Positions 21,548-31,171 of a DNA stretch of 64,000 bases are shown in pieces. Location: NCBI GenBank assembly GCA_038210275.1, contig JBBQWV010000019.1:5965-69964 (forward strand). The letters run 5' to 3'. The DNA is from Candidatus Kapaibacterium sp. (GTDB lineage: Bacteria > Bacteroidota > Ignavibacteria > Palsa-1295). The notes beneath the pieces were generated by a model. That model was not told where the DNA came from, made no database searches, and worked only from the letters and a program-made list of their open reading frames with translations. The translations under genes and the position numbers were made by a program. How positions within the stretch are numbered: position 1 is the first letter of the stretch; the number at the start of each line of letters is the position of its first letter.

Positions 21548-22233
21548 GAACTAAGCTGAGCCTTTAGCTCAGTAAATGTTTTAGAGTTTCCAGATTGCTG
21601 TGCAAAATCAGACCATGTAGTTATGCGCCATTCACTTGTTGCTTGCTCTGTCGTCACGAGTATGACATGCAGTATCATCGAACCACTTATCGAAGGGGGA
21701 ATGGAAGAATTTGATTGCACGGGAAGCAATACAAGATAATCTGTAGTAATATCTGCTGCGTTTGAATTTGATTGGCTGATCTTCGTATTGCTAAAAGTCA
21801 CGGTCAGTCTTGGATTTGATACAAGCGAAGATCTAAGATTCGTCATGAAATTTTGTTCTGATTGAATATTCCACCCATCAAATTTGCTCCGAGATGATGC
21901 ATCCAATCCCGAACGAGGCGTAAAAATAAAAACAGATTTATCTCCTGCAACAGAAGAATCCTTTGGACTCATGAAACACTTTGTATAATTTGTTGCATCA
22001 AGAACTTCTATCGTGCCTTTGAAATTTGCAAGTAAGTAGTTTGGTGTTGCTGCAGGAGTCCAGATAAAGGTTGAGCCAAAATCCGGATCGGAAGGTGTGC
22101 GGGTGCTAAAAAGATCACAGGAAGAAAGGGTTATGGCAAGTTGGAAGTACAGATATAGACGTATCGACGTATGGACGTATCGTCTCAAACGCCGAGTGGC
22201 AATCCTAATTCGTCTATACGTCAATCCGTCCAT
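21544..22233 (-). CDS. putative lipoprotein
   Basis: Lipobox LSSC-DLFSTRTP; WRITTWSD tail similar to the neighbouring lipoprotein; ATG at 22233 preferred over TTG at 22251. Confidence 0.7.
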   Translation of the reverse strand: MDGLTYRRIRIATRRLRRYVHTSIRLYLYFQLAITLSSCDLFSTRTPSDPDFGSTFIWTPAATPNYLLANFKGTIEVLDATNYTKCFMSPKDSSVAGDKSVFIFTPRSGLDASSRSKFDGWNIQSEQNFMTNLRSSLVSNPRLTVTFSNTKISQSNSNAADITTDYLVLLPVQSNSSIPPSISGSMILHVILVTTEQATSEWRITTWSDFAQQSGNSKTFTELKAQLSS

Positions 22234-22243
22234 AAGTCTATCT
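22151..22243. repeat. inverted octamer-repeat element inside the 5' end of a lipoprotein gene
   Basis: Left arm ATAGACGT ATCGACGT ATGGACGT; right arm CGTCTATA CGTCAATC CGTCCATA AGTCTATC is approximately its reverse complement. Confidence 0.65.
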
Positions 22244-22975
22244 TTGTGCAACGAGAATTAACCTCGGAGAACTCCCTACATCAAACCGTGCGCCGTCATA
22301 ATTTCCAAATTTTTCTCGGATCGTTAACCCGGCATTTGCGAACATTTTTTCGAAATCCAGCAACTCAAAAAGCCTGACTGATTCATGAAACTCCTTCGAA
22401 CCATGTTCGGAATAAATAATAATTTTTTTTACTACTCTGCCATTTCGAATCTCTCTAGATTGTTCTACTCGTTCACCGGAAGAAAGTGTCGTCTCATCAC
22501 GCGCTGATAAATTGTTGTTTACCAGAAAACTATTAAAAAAATCCAACACAAAAAAACCATCGGGATTTAAGCACTTCCCTACTTCTATAATCACTTCTTC
22601 ATTTTCCTCGTCAGTTGGAAAATACCCAAAACTCGTGAAGAGATTGATAATGAGATCGTAGCTGCCACTAATTTGGCGCATATCTTGCTCTTTAAAATCA
22701 ACTTTCACTCCTTCGGTTTCAGCATTTTTTTTTGCTTCACAAATGAGGGTCGGAGAAAGATCAACACCTGTGATGTTTTTGTAACCTCGCTTGGCAAGAT
22801 TGATTGAATGTCGTCCGGCGCCGCATGCAAGATCAAGGATTGCTGCATCTTTAGAAATTCCTGTCGCTGCCTCAATCAGGTCAAGAGCTTTCGAAGCTTC
22901 TTCGGTATTTCGATGATGATAGAGCGCTAGGTAGCGCTCATCTGCAAACCAATCTTTATACCATTCGTGCGGCAT
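22238..22975 (-). CDS. class I SAM-dependent methyltransferase
   Basis: ILDLACGAGRH, GVDLS, NLFTSFGYF. Confidence 0.92.
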   Translation of the reverse strand: MPHEWYKDWFADERYLALYHHRNTEEASKALDLIEAATGISKDAAILDLACGAGRHSINLAKRGYKNITGVDLSPTLICEAKKNAETEGVKVDFKEQDMRQISGSYDLIINLFTSFGYFPTDEENEEVIIEVGKCLNPDGFFVLDFFNSFLVNNNLSARDETTLSSGERVEQSREIRNGRVVKKIIIYSEHGSKEFHESVRLFELLDFEKMFANAGLTIREKFGNYDGARFDVGSSPRLILVAQR

Positions 22976-23577
22976 CAGACGAGCAACCTACCTTCAAGTG
23001 CTTTTGCAAGCGTTGCTTCATCTACGAATTCCAAATCGCTGCCGATAGGGATGCCTCGGGCAATTCGTGTGATCCTTGGAACAATATCGTGCAAAAGTCT
23101 TGCAAGATAGAGCACCGTTGCTTCGCCTTCAACATTCGGATCAAGCGCAAGAATAACTTCTTTCACACCTTTTTCTTCATGTAAACGAAGGAGCAGTTCT
23201 CTGATCTTTAATTCATCCGGACCGATTCCATCAAGCGGCGAGAGCGAGCCTCCAAGAACGTGGTAGAGTCCTCTGAACTCATTTGTCCTCTCAATAACAA
23301 GTACGTCGTTCGGCTCTTCGACAACACAAATGAGACTTTGGTCGCGGCGCCTATCTCTGCATATCAAACACGGATCTTCTTCGGTGATGTTGCCGCAAAC
23401 GCTGCACGTTCGAACTCGCTCTTTAAGATGATACAATGCTTCGGCAAGCGACTTAACTTCGCTGTCGGATTGCTTCAAGAGATAAATTGCAAGGCGAGCC
23501 GCCGTCTTTCTTCCGATCGTGGGAAGTGAAGAGAGGCGCTCAATAAGGGTTTCTAATGCCGGCGAAGTGTAGAGCAT
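22975..23577 (-). CDS. recR: recombination mediator RecR
   Basis: LPTIGRKTAARL, C4 zinc finger, YHVLGG.LSPLDGIGP, EGEAT. Confidence 0.98.
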   Translation of the reverse strand: MLYTSPALETLIERLSSLPTIGRKTAARLAIYLLKQSDSEVKSLAEALYHLKERVRTCSVCGNITEEDPCLICRDRRRDQSLICVVEEPNDVLVIERTNEFRGLYHVLGGSLSPLDGIGPDELKIRELLLRLHEEKGVKEVILALDPNVEGEATVLYLARLLHDIVPRITRIARGIPIGSDLEFVDEATLAKALEGRLLV

Positions 23578-23605
23578 GGATCAGAATTCTCTCCGAAGGT
23601 TTTAC

Positions 23606-23929
23606 TTATCTCGTTAAGCCGGGAATATTCGGCATAAAATTATTTGCAACGCTTGACATCTTCTCATCGGCAAGTTCTTTCGCTTTGCTCAATGCCCGGT
23701 TTGCTGCAGCGACGACGAGATCCTCGAGCATTTCCTGTTCATTAGGGTCAATGACTTCTTTTTCAAGTTTGATCGCAATAATTTCGCCATTTCCATTTGC
23801 AGTGACTTTTACCATTCCTCCGCCCGCCTCGGCAGAAGCAATAACACTGCCAAGCGATTCCTGCATTTTGGAAACTTCTTCCTGCATTTTCTGCACCTGC
23901 TCAAGCGCCTTCATTAACTCTGGATTCAT
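23606..23929 (-). CDS. ybaB: YbaB/EbfC nucleoid-associated protein
   Basis: AGGGMVKVTANG, EMLEDLVVAAAN; directly upstream of recR. Confidence 0.96.
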   Translation of the reverse strand: MNPELMKALEQVQKMQEEVSKMQESLGSVIASAEAGGGMVKVTANGNGEIIAIKLEKEVIDPNEQEMLEDLVVAAANRALSKAKELADEKMSSVANNFMPNIPGLTR

Positions 23930-24026
23930 ATATTCTTGTAACTTACTTTAAGAGAAGTTCAAACGAGAAATTTCAGGAAATGGTTGAAAGGAATGACAGG
24001 TAATCACTTTGCACAAAATTCAGAAC

Positions 24027-25061
24027 TTAAAATAAATCCAACTCTCCCGGTCGATGAAAAAGATTTGTTGCAAGTGGCAGCCTGGGCTCTTTCATTTTGT
24101 ATTTCGTTGAGAGGACATCAACAAGCTGATGCATGTAATCGGCATACGCACCTGTTCCAGTCATACGTGTTCCGAAGTTCGCATCATTAAGTTTACCTCC
24201 TCGAATCATCATCACTCTTGCCATCACACGTTTAGCTTTTTCAGGATAATTCTTTTCTATCCAGTCTGTGAAAATTGGGGCTACTGATTGCGGAAGCCGA
24301 AGAATGGTATGAGCTACTCTTGTAGCCCCCGCTTCGCTTGTACGTTTCAGGATCGTCGGTACTTCATTATCATTGAGTCCGGGAATGATAGGACCGACCA
24401 TCACTCCAACTGGAATTCCTGCTTTACTGAGTTCAGATATTGCCTTGATCTTCATTTCAGGAGTAGAGGTTCTTGGTTCAAGCTTTCGCCTGAGATCGCG
24501 ATCGAGCGTTGTAACAGATAGAAGTGTACTTACAAGATTCATGCTTGCCAACTCTTTCAGCAGATCAAGATCACGCAAGATCAGCGCATTCTTTGTAAGT
24601 ATGCTTACCGGGTTTCGGTATTCGAGGAAGACTTCGAGAATTTGTCGTGTAAGTTTATAGGTTCGCTCTGCCGGCTGATAGCAATCGGTATTTCCACTCA
24701 TCATAATGGATTGCGGAATCCATTTTTTATTATCGAATGCCTTTCGCAGCAAAGCAGGAGCATCATGCTTGACGACAATCTTCGATTCAAAGTCAATGCC
24801 GGCATTATATCCCAGATACTCATGATACGGGCGTGCCCTGCAGTAAGCGCAGCCATGCTCGCAGCCACGGTAGGCATTGATCGAATATGCCATGCCAATA
24901 TCGGGACTTTCATTCTTATACAGAATAGACTTTGCATGGTCGGGTATAAATTCTGTTTGAATGACAGGCAGTTCTTCGCCGATGGTTTCCCATCCGTCGT
25001 CAAACGATTCGCGGCGTGTAGTTTCGAAACGGTTTTGTGTTAGTAATGTTGTTCCTCTCAT
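24027..25061 (-). CDS. PA0069/Rv2578c-family radical SAM protein (SplB-like)
   Basis: SINAYRGCEHGCAYC CxxxCxxC motif, SGNTDCYQPAER, LEPRT. Confidence 0.92.
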   Translation of the reverse strand: MRGTTLLTQNRFETTRRESFDDGWETIGEELPVIQTEFIPDHAKSILYKNESPDIGMAYSINAYRGCEHGCAYCRARPYHEYLGYNAGIDFESKIVVKHDAPALLRKAFDNKKWIPQSIMMSGNTDCYQPAERTYKLTRQILEVFLEYRNPVSILTKNALILRDLDLLKELASMNLVSTLLSVTTLDRDLRRKLEPRTSTPEMKIKAISELSKAGIPVGVMVGPIIPGLNDNEVPTILKRTSEAGATRVAHTILRLPQSVAPIFTDWIEKNYPEKAKRVMARVMMIRGGKLNDANFGTRMTGTGAYADYMHQLVDVLSTKYKMKEPRLPLATNLFHRPGELDLF

Positions 25062-25069
25062 ATTATCTA

Positions 25070-25091
25070 TAGGTGCCTATAATAGCACCTG
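25070..25091. promoter_or_regulatory. palindromic operator candidate AGGTGC-N8-GCACCT
   Basis: Perfect 6-bp inverted repeat 9 bp upstream of the radical SAM start; near-identical site upstream of recA. Confidence 0.65.
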
Positions 25092-25095
25092 TAAT

Positions 25096-25123
25096 ATAAT
25101 ACAAAAAAAACCTTACATGTCAA
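25096..25123 (-). promoter_or_regulatory. sigma70-like promoter TTGACA-N16-TATTAT
   Basis: Minus-strand TTGACA (25123-25118) and TATTAT (25101-25096) immediately upstream of the palindrome. Confidence 0.55.
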
Positions 25124-25173
25124 AAAGTAAAAAGGATTTTAAATAAGGAGATGCTTGAGTGAGTCTATTCTTT

Positions 25174-25698
25174 TTATTTCAGCACTTCATATCTCAGGAT
25201 CAATGTCCCCTGCTCATTCACTTTTTCAGAGCTTATCAGTCGCAAATTTATATCAAGTTTTTCTTCGATGACAAAATTTCCGCCACTGGCGAAAATTTTT
25301 GGTTCGAGGCTCAGAGATAATTCATCGATGAGGTTAGCTTTCAAAAAAGATGTGGCAACGTGCGGACCGCCAACGACCATCATCTCATTAAAGCCGGTTT
25401 TTTGAAAACGAGAATAAATCTCGGATGGGGTTTCTTTGGTAAATTCAGTTTGTCCAGGAACGCTATACTTCTCATATTTCTCCGGTTCATGAGTCATGAT
25501 GACAAGAAGGCGATCCGGAGAAGGTTTGACGGGATCAAAATTAAAAGTACCACTTCCCATGATGATGAGCTTGGCGTCATTCCAGAGTTTTTTAAAGTAC
25601 GTCTGATCTTCTTTCGATGACCACCTGAAGACGTGTGGATCGCCCCATTTGGTGATCTTTCCATCGAGCGTCGTTACAAAAATAAGCGATGTTTTCAT
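25174..25698 (-). CDS. dihydrofolate reductase/RibD C-terminal family protein
   Basis: TTLDGKI, IIMGSGT, VVGG, LIDEL...EPKIF. Confidence 0.85.
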   Translation of the reverse strand: MKTSLIFVTTLDGKITKWGDPHVFRWSSKEDQTYFKKLWNDAKLIIMGSGTFNFDPVKPSPDRLLVIMTHEPEKYEKYSVPGQTEFTKETPSEIYSRFQKTGFNEMMVVGGPHVATSFLKANLIDELSLSLEPKIFASGGNFVIEEKLDINLRLISSEKVNEQGTLILRYEVLK

Positions 25699-25711
25699 TC
25701 TTTTTCCTATC

Positions 25712-25885
25712 TTATTTCTTACTCATCTTTGAAAATATAAAGAAGATAAGACCAACTACAGCAACAACAAGTATGATTCCAACCCATACGCCTGCTTTGA
25801 AAATATCGCCGATCAGTGTGCAGCCTGAAATGTTGAGAATGAGAGTAATTGCTACAGATACGAGAAATACAATTCGGTTTTTCAT
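25712..25885 (-). CDS. small conserved membrane protein, 57 aa (absent from the ORF track)
   Basis: Hand translation MKNRIVFLVSVAITLILNISGCTLIGDIFKAGVWVGIILVVAVVGLIFFIFSKMSKK; GC..IGDIFKAG.WVG pattern recalled from small Bacteroidota proteins. Confidence 0.8.
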   Translation of the reverse strand: MKNRIVFLVSVAITLILNISGCTLIGDIFKAGVWVGIILVVAVVGLIFFIFSKMSKK

Positions 25886-25930
25886 GGTTATGGTTTTCGT
25901 TGTGTTAATATCTAAGCTCTAATAACTTCA

Positions 25931-25997
25931 ACAAAAATACGCATCTACACAGCGAAAAATGTTACAGAATTATAGAAATAAGTTACATTATTTACAT
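25931..25997 (-). promoter_or_regulatory. promoter with TATTTTTG box and upstream TGTAA(C) repeats, copy 1
   Basis: Same blocks at identical spacing at 31172-31238. Confidence 0.65.
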
Positions 25998-26006
25998 ATT
26001 TTACCG

Positions 26007-26369
26007 TTACTTACGCTTCAGAGGTGTCTTCGTTTTTTTCTTTGAAGCTTTTGCTTGCGAATTAAACTCCAAACAAAGCCCGATCCAATAATCGAAATCC
26101 TTTTTGTTTTTGAATCCCTCTTCGCTGACTTTAATCCACCCGGTTAGCGGTCTGCCCTTCATGATCATTATTCTCGCACTTTTGTTCTTCAGCGCTTCAT
26201 CTTGCATCATTGGGTCAATGCGGCACATCAGTTCATCGCCTGAGACGGTAACACACATCTTCCCGTTCACCATGAATGTCACGCCGCGAAACATTTTCTT
26301 TTCATCGACTTTGGGAATCTCGACAAGCGCTTCCCTAACTCGATCTGCAAGTTTTTCGTTATATGGCAT
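26007..26369 (-). CDS. TfoX/Sxy N-terminal domain protein
   Basis: MPYNEKLADRVR, EKKMFRGVTFMVNGKMC, GWIKV. Confidence 0.88.
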   Translation of the reverse strand: MPYNEKLADRVREALVEIPKVDEKKMFRGVTFMVNGKMCVTVSGDELMCRIDPMMQDEALKNKSARIMIMKGRPLTGWIKVSEEGFKNKKDFDYWIGLCLEFNSQAKASKKKTKTPLKRK

Positions 26370-26375
26370 AGGGAA

Positions 26376-26849
26376 TCAGAGCCACCTCCTCACTGTGAGT
26401 TTGTAGTCAAGATATTGCTGACCAAATTTCCGCTGAAGATATTGTTCTTCTTTTTTCATAATGTATTGCTGAACAACTATGAGAAGAATCGGGAAAAGAA
26501 TAATATTCCACCAGTTTCCAATCAGGCACGTTATTCCCAAATAAACAAGTGTTAATCCCACATACATCGGATTTCTGGTAATGTGATAAATACCTGTCGT
26601 TTGAAGAGAGAAAGCAGGTTTAATAAGGATCAAAGTATTTTTACTGCTAATAAATTGACCAATGCTTCTGGAAAGGAAAAAGAATGCCGTGAAGAGTAAT
26701 GCAACGCCGACAACTTTTACAGCCGTCATTTCAAAAAAGGAAACATCTATCACTACACTCTTCTGAAGAATAATCGCAGCGATAAAAGTTAAAACATAAA
26801 ACAGCGGCGGCGGAATGTACACACCCGGACTATCTTTTCTTGTTGCCAT
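26376..26849 (-). CDS. isoprenylcysteine carboxyl methyltransferase (PEMT-like) family protein
   Basis: IPPP, TTGIYHITRNPMYVG, EEQYL..KFG..Y..Y...VRRWL. Confidence 0.9.
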   Translation of the reverse strand: MATRKDSPGVYIPPPLFYVLTFIAAIILQKSVVIDVSFFEMTAVKVVGVALLFTAFFFLSRSIGQFISSKNTLILIKPAFSLQTTGIYHITRNPMYVGLTLVYLGITCLIGNWWNIILFPILLIVVQQYIMKKEEQYLQRKFGQQYLDYKLTVRRWL

Positions 26850-26878
26850 AATAATTTGCTCCTTAATATAATGTCTGG

Positions 26879-28651
26879 TTATTTTATAAGTAGCAACTCT
26901 CTTGCTAGTTTTATACTTCCGCTCACGAGAGAAATGATATAGCTTCCACTCGGCAGATTATCAACACCCACTGTTACCGAATGCTCTCCTTCTGAAACTC
27001 TGCCGCTGATTATCATTTTCACAACTTTTCCTGTCATATCCAACAATGCTATTCGAACTTCCGACTCCTTTGGAGTTGTGTAATTGAAGTTCGTCACTCC
27101 CCTGAATGGATTAGGAAAATTTTGATTCAAGCCAAATCCTTGAGACCGTGTTGTATTATTAACTTCACTCGTGGGTATTCCAAAAACGCCAACCGGAAGC
27201 AATATAGTCTGCTCCTTATTACTATTTAATGCGTGAGCCTTAATTGTCAACATTGAAATGAGGAGTCCTAATGTACTCGGAGTTGCGCATATAGTCAGCA
27301 CTGCTTCGCTATGTCCTTTCAAGGTAAAGGGAATTGTCAAACCACTCACTGAGAAATCAGAAGCATTTACACCAGCCTGAAGTAAAGAATCTATAATAAG
27401 ATCACCATCACCCATATTCATGAGCGTATCAGTGCGGCAAGCTTGTTTACCAATTAATACTGAATCAATATAAGGATCGCCCCCTAGTACATTCGCTAAT
27501 TTACCTTCGGTAGAATTAAGAGTTGAACAATCCCCATTCCCCGTTGGATTGCGCTTATAATAGACAGCGCCGCTATCGCCATAGACTACATGAACTGTGC
27601 ATCCTGTAAGAGCAAGAAATGGCTGACCTCCGAAATCAATTTGAGATGGTGTATCCCAAGTTGCACCGCCATCCGCAGAATGCGCATACCATGCTCCACC
27701 ACCAGTTCCTAAATGATCGTAGCCCAAATGCAAATTCAATCCATCGCGCACGAGGAATGGATAGATGCCTGAGAAAAGATCTTTCACAACTGCGAAAGTT
27801 CTTCCTGAATCAGATGATTGACGAAGACCGACATCGAAACCATTGCCACTGCCTAAGCCATCAACTACATCAACATACTTCCCATTAGGTGAGACCATCG
27901 TTGTATAGGAATTCGTCGAAGTGATTGCAGTTTCGTCACCCCATGTAACTCCTGCATCGGATGAATGCCGGTAATATGTCAGCATTGTGCCGCTACGTTT
28001 ATCATTCCATGATAAATGTACATCCTGCCCAAGAGCAGCAATTGCCGGATCTTCAGAGCGGTTCTGTGCGTTCGAAATTTGCTGCTCAGCGCTCCATGTT
28101 ACTCCGTTATTGGTCGAGCGCATAAAAAATACTTCCGTATTATTTGTCGGAATAGTTTTATTGAGTGAGACAACAACTAATGCACCACTTGCAGCAATTC
28201 CAGGCCAAAACGAAGTATTACTATCAAGGATCACGATAGGTCCCCAGGTCGCGCCGCCATCAGTTGAGCGTTTGTAAAATGAAGCACGATGCCCAAGGGA
28301 CTCGTCCATCCAAGCAAGATGAACAAAGTTACCTGATACAGCGATAGCAGGAAAAGTAGCTTTCTGATTCGTATCTGTCAGCGCAATAGCATTGCTCCAC
28401 GACAAACCCGTATCAATTGAGCGAGTATAATATATCGCATATCCATTCATTCGATGATCGCTCCAGACTACATGAAGAGTGTCGCCGCTTGCGACAAGGC
28501 ATGTTGCCATATTCTCATTTAATGACGTGGATATACCATGCGTCGAAAGTTTCACTCTTGGAGACCAACCGCCCAAAGCTGCAATAGGAAGAAGACTTAC
28601 AATAACAACTAAGATCAGAATTTTTTCTGAAAACAGTATAGTATTTTTCAT
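26879..28651 (-). CDS. BNR/Asp-box repeat protein with Ig-like and T9SS C-terminal domains
   Basis: Signal peptide; repeated S.D.G.TW; QNFPNPF...GSYII tail. Confidence 0.85.
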   Translation of the reverse strand: MKNTILFSEKILILVVIVSLLPIAALGGWSPRVKLSTHGISTSLNENMATCLVASGDTLHVVWSDHRMNGYAIYYTRSIDTGLSWSNAIALTDTNQKATFPAIAVSGNFVHLAWMDESLGHRASFYKRSTDGGATWGPIVILDSNTSFWPGIAASGALVVVSLNKTIPTNNTEVFFMRSTNNGVTWSAEQQISNAQNRSEDPAIAALGQDVHLSWNDKRSGTMLTYYRHSSDAGVTWGDETAITSTNSYTTMVSPNGKYVDVVDGLGSGNGFDVGLRQSSDSGRTFAVVKDLFSGIYPFLVRDGLNLHLGYDHLGTGGGAWYAHSADGGATWDTPSQIDFGGQPFLALTGCTVHVVYGDSGAVYYKRNPTGNGDCSTLNSTEGKLANVLGGDPYIDSVLIGKQACRTDTLMNMGDGDLIIDSLLQAGVNASDFSVSGLTIPFTLKGHSEAVLTICATPSTLGLLISMLTIKAHALNSNKEQTILLPVGVFGIPTSEVNNTTRSQGFGLNQNFPNPFRGVTNFNYTTPKESEVRIALLDMTGKVVKMIISGRVSEGEHSVTVGVDNLPSGSYIISLVSGSIKLARELLLIK

Positions 28652-28747
28652 AGCGATAATCGTGATAAGAAACTCATCGGAACAACCGCCTAATAGGGAG
28701 AGAGATTCCTAAGGTTTTGGCGATTGTCGGGTACACGCTAAAGGATA

Positions 28748-29761
28748 TCAACGAATAACCAAGTTTTCTAACTTCATCTTCAACAGATCTTTCAAACTAC
28801 CTTTTTTCGAACGGATATCTCCGTCCTGTGCATAAAGAACTCCTTTTGTTATTGCTTCAACGCCGACCTTGTTCAGTCCCTCGTAGATATGATAATTGGC
28901 ACTTTTGTTTTGGAATGTTACAGATAAATTATTCTTCGTCGTATCGAACATAAAGCCCGGTGTTTCTTCATCGGTTTCGATAGGATAAGAGAATTCGACA
29001 TTTTGGTTCGTATCGAGAAGTGCGTAGTTCAATTGCTGATTGTGTGCAAATAATAAGACATGTTTACCATTCTTAATGACCTTGAACGAGAGAAAAATAG
29101 TTAGGTCAGCCGTATCAAGATTTTTTGTGACAGACTTTACCATCTTTTTTCCATCCCAGGTTTTTTCTGTAAGTATCACATACGGAAGATTTTGGGCATC
29201 CTCTTCGACGACCTTTACAGCTTTCGGCTTATTGCTCTCGACAATAAACTCTGAGAATTCATGCCAGCAGCAGCCGCTTTTTGTCATGGTATGAATCGTT
29301 TTCCTCACGGTATCAATATCGAACATTCCGCAATAATCATGGGCAAGTTTCGTAAATTCTTTACTACGCAGGAATCCGACTTCCCCACCTAAAAATATCG
29401 TAAATGATGGTCCATGGTAACAGCTTTCTTGACCATCCATAATAGCGAAATCTTTTATTCCATCAAAGTTAAAATCATCATACATGATCACGCTCTGCTC
29501 GCCATATGGTAATTCCTTAATATTGGCTTGTACTTTGCCTTCAGGATGATCAAATGCAAGCTCATTAGACTTTACTTTGATTAACTGTTTGCCGGATTTT
29601 TTATTGTAGATAGCGACCGAGCCTTTCATAAAAACATCACTTGTATCCTCGACGGTGATCTTTCCATAATAATCCGGCGAAAAATTATTAACATTGAAAG
29701 TGATCTGCGAAAAGGCAGCCTGAGAAATACATAAGAGAGATAGGACAACAAGTTTAATCAT
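28748..29761 (-). CDS. secreted protein, XAC2610-related
   Basis: Signal peptide; DDFNFDGIKDFAI, YCGMF, TKSGCCWH. Confidence 0.7.
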   Translation of the reverse strand: MIKLVVLSLLCISQAAFSQITFNVNNFSPDYYGKITVEDTSDVFMKGSVAIYNKKSGKQLIKVKSNELAFDHPEGKVQANIKELPYGEQSVIMYDDFNFDGIKDFAIMDGQESCYHGPSFTIFLGGEVGFLRSKEFTKLAHDYCGMFDIDTVRKTIHTMTKSGCCWHEFSEFIVESNKPKAVKVVEEDAQNLPYVILTEKTWDGKKMVKSVTKNLDTADLTIFLSFKVIKNGKHVLLFAHNQQLNYALLDTNQNVEFSYPIETDEETPGFMFDTTKNNLSVTFQNKSANYHIYEGLNKVGVEAITKGVLYAQDGDIRSKKGSLKDLLKMKLENLVIR

Positions 29762-29766
29762 AAATA

Positions 29767-30171
29767 TTATTTTTTCTTTGCTGGTTTTGGTGTCTTCGAC
29801 ATTCGCAGTTGATACAAAGCAAGTGCATTGAAGAGTAATTCTTTCAGCATAACAGAATTAATCTGACTCCCGGATGTAACCACCAAGTACCGTGAAATTT
29901 TTCCTGTTCCTTCAAGAAGCTTATGTGGATCAAGGAGTTCGGTCCCTCTATTAAATCCGAGTTTTAATCCTTTTTTTGATGGAATAATTACACAGATCAG
30001 TTCTGCATATTTTTGTCCGTAACAATACCCGATCATTTTAGCAGGCAGATCAACTTGTTCGATAATATCAGGGAGGTTTTCAAAAATAACTTCCCGAAGC
30101 AGCAGTGTATTGTGTTGTATTCTTTCATCGTACCGGGATAAGAAGTCACTTATGTTCTTGTCTTTTGTCAT
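29767..30171 (-). CDS. DUF1801 (YdhG-like) protein
   Basis: LGFNRGTELLDPHKLLEGTGK..R motif. Confidence 0.8.
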   Translation of the reverse strand: MTKDKNISDFLSRYDERIQHNTLLLREVIFENLPDIIEQVDLPAKMIGYCYGQKYAELICVIIPSKKGLKLGFNRGTELLDPHKLLEGTGKISRYLVVTSGSQINSVMLKELLFNALALYQLRMSKTPKPAKKK

Positions 30172-30174
30172 TAG

Positions 30175-30537
30175 TTACTTCTTCTTAGCTGCCTTCGGCT
30201 TTAATGACTTCGCATATTCAAAACTCATATCAAGGTACTTCTGCAATTCCTTCTCCTTCTTTAGCAACGTATCAGGAACTTCAACATATTCCTTCATTAT
30301 AGCGCCGTATTGAATGACAACACCCATTTTATATTTCTTATTGAATGCTTCTCTATCTTCCTCCGAAAGCCGAAGGATCATCGCTCCTGTCGGAGTGAGC
30401 AATGAGAACATATTCCCGTTAATGGAAGTATAAGGCATTGTTGCACCTTTCCGTTCAATCTCCGGATTTCTTGCTATCAACTTATCATATGCTGCAATAG
30501 AATCAGCCGGTGCGTTGCTTGTTTTTTTTGTCGGCAT
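30175..30537 (-). CDS. TfoX-like small protein
   Basis: YTSINGNMFSLL...LRL, MKEYVEVP, SLKPK. Confidence 0.75.
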   Translation of the reverse strand: MPTKKTSNAPADSIAAYDKLIARNPEIERKGATMPYTSINGNMFSLLTPTGAMILRLSEEDREAFNKKYKMGVVIQYGAIMKEYVEVPDTLLKKEKELQKYLDMSFEYAKSLKPKAAKKK

Positions 30538-30631
30538 GGAATAAAAAACTTGACTTCAATAATACTACATAACGACATTCAAAAATACGAAGATTTTAGT
30601 TTCTTCTCCGGTATTCAATCATTTTCAGTAC

Positions 30632-30669
30632 AAAAAAAACTCAGAAACTGGAGTAAACCAGTTTCTGAG
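30632..30669 (-). terminator. rho-independent terminator
   Basis: CTCAGAAACTGG-AGTAAA-CCAGTTTCTGAG perfect 12-bp stem with A8 on its left (U-tract on the minus strand). Confidence 0.85.
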
Positions 30670-30699
30670 CATCAGCTTAAGTAAGATCAATTTGCTTTT

Positions 30700-31126
30700 T
30701 TAGCGGTAGATTTCTTCGCCTTGGTGGGTTCGCCAATCCGTTTCAATATAGTTACCATCATCGGTATTTTGGGGCTTTCCCGAAAGCAGCACTTTGCCGT
30801 TTTTAATACCGGTCTTACTAGATCTTTGCGCGAGCTTCCGGTAGTCCTGAACTGATAAGCCCTCCGATCGTCCCGTCAATTACCGAACCTGTTCCTGCTG
30901 CCGATAGTGTATTCGTGCCGACTTCGGTTTCGCCTCGTTGTGAGTAGGGTATTTTTAGAGGCTCATCCGACATCACTACATTAATATCCTCGGTCTTGTA
31001 ATCCTTTTCATGTAAGGCTTTATAGGCACTTTCAACGGAATCAGGCTCATTCAACATTCCCGTCATTAACGTTGGCTGGTCAACATCAATGAGATCTCCT
31101 AACGGATCGTTTTGATAAGTAGTCAT
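30700..31126 (-). pseudogene. frameshifted general-stress-type (glycine-zipper) protein gene
   Basis: ORF stops at ...ARAKI (30818); removing one base of ATC TAGT AAG restores IYKTGIKNGKVLLSGKPQNTDDGNYIETDWRTHQGEEIYR with stop at 30700. Confidence 0.7.
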
Positions 31127-31171
31127 AATTATTTATTACGATTTATTGATTTTTTATGCGTAGGGAGAGAT

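Noticed and set aside
23996-24016. Third operator copy upstream of ybaB-recR (AGGTAA...GCACAA)
   Set aside because: The spacer is one base short and both half-sites mismatch; too weak to call.
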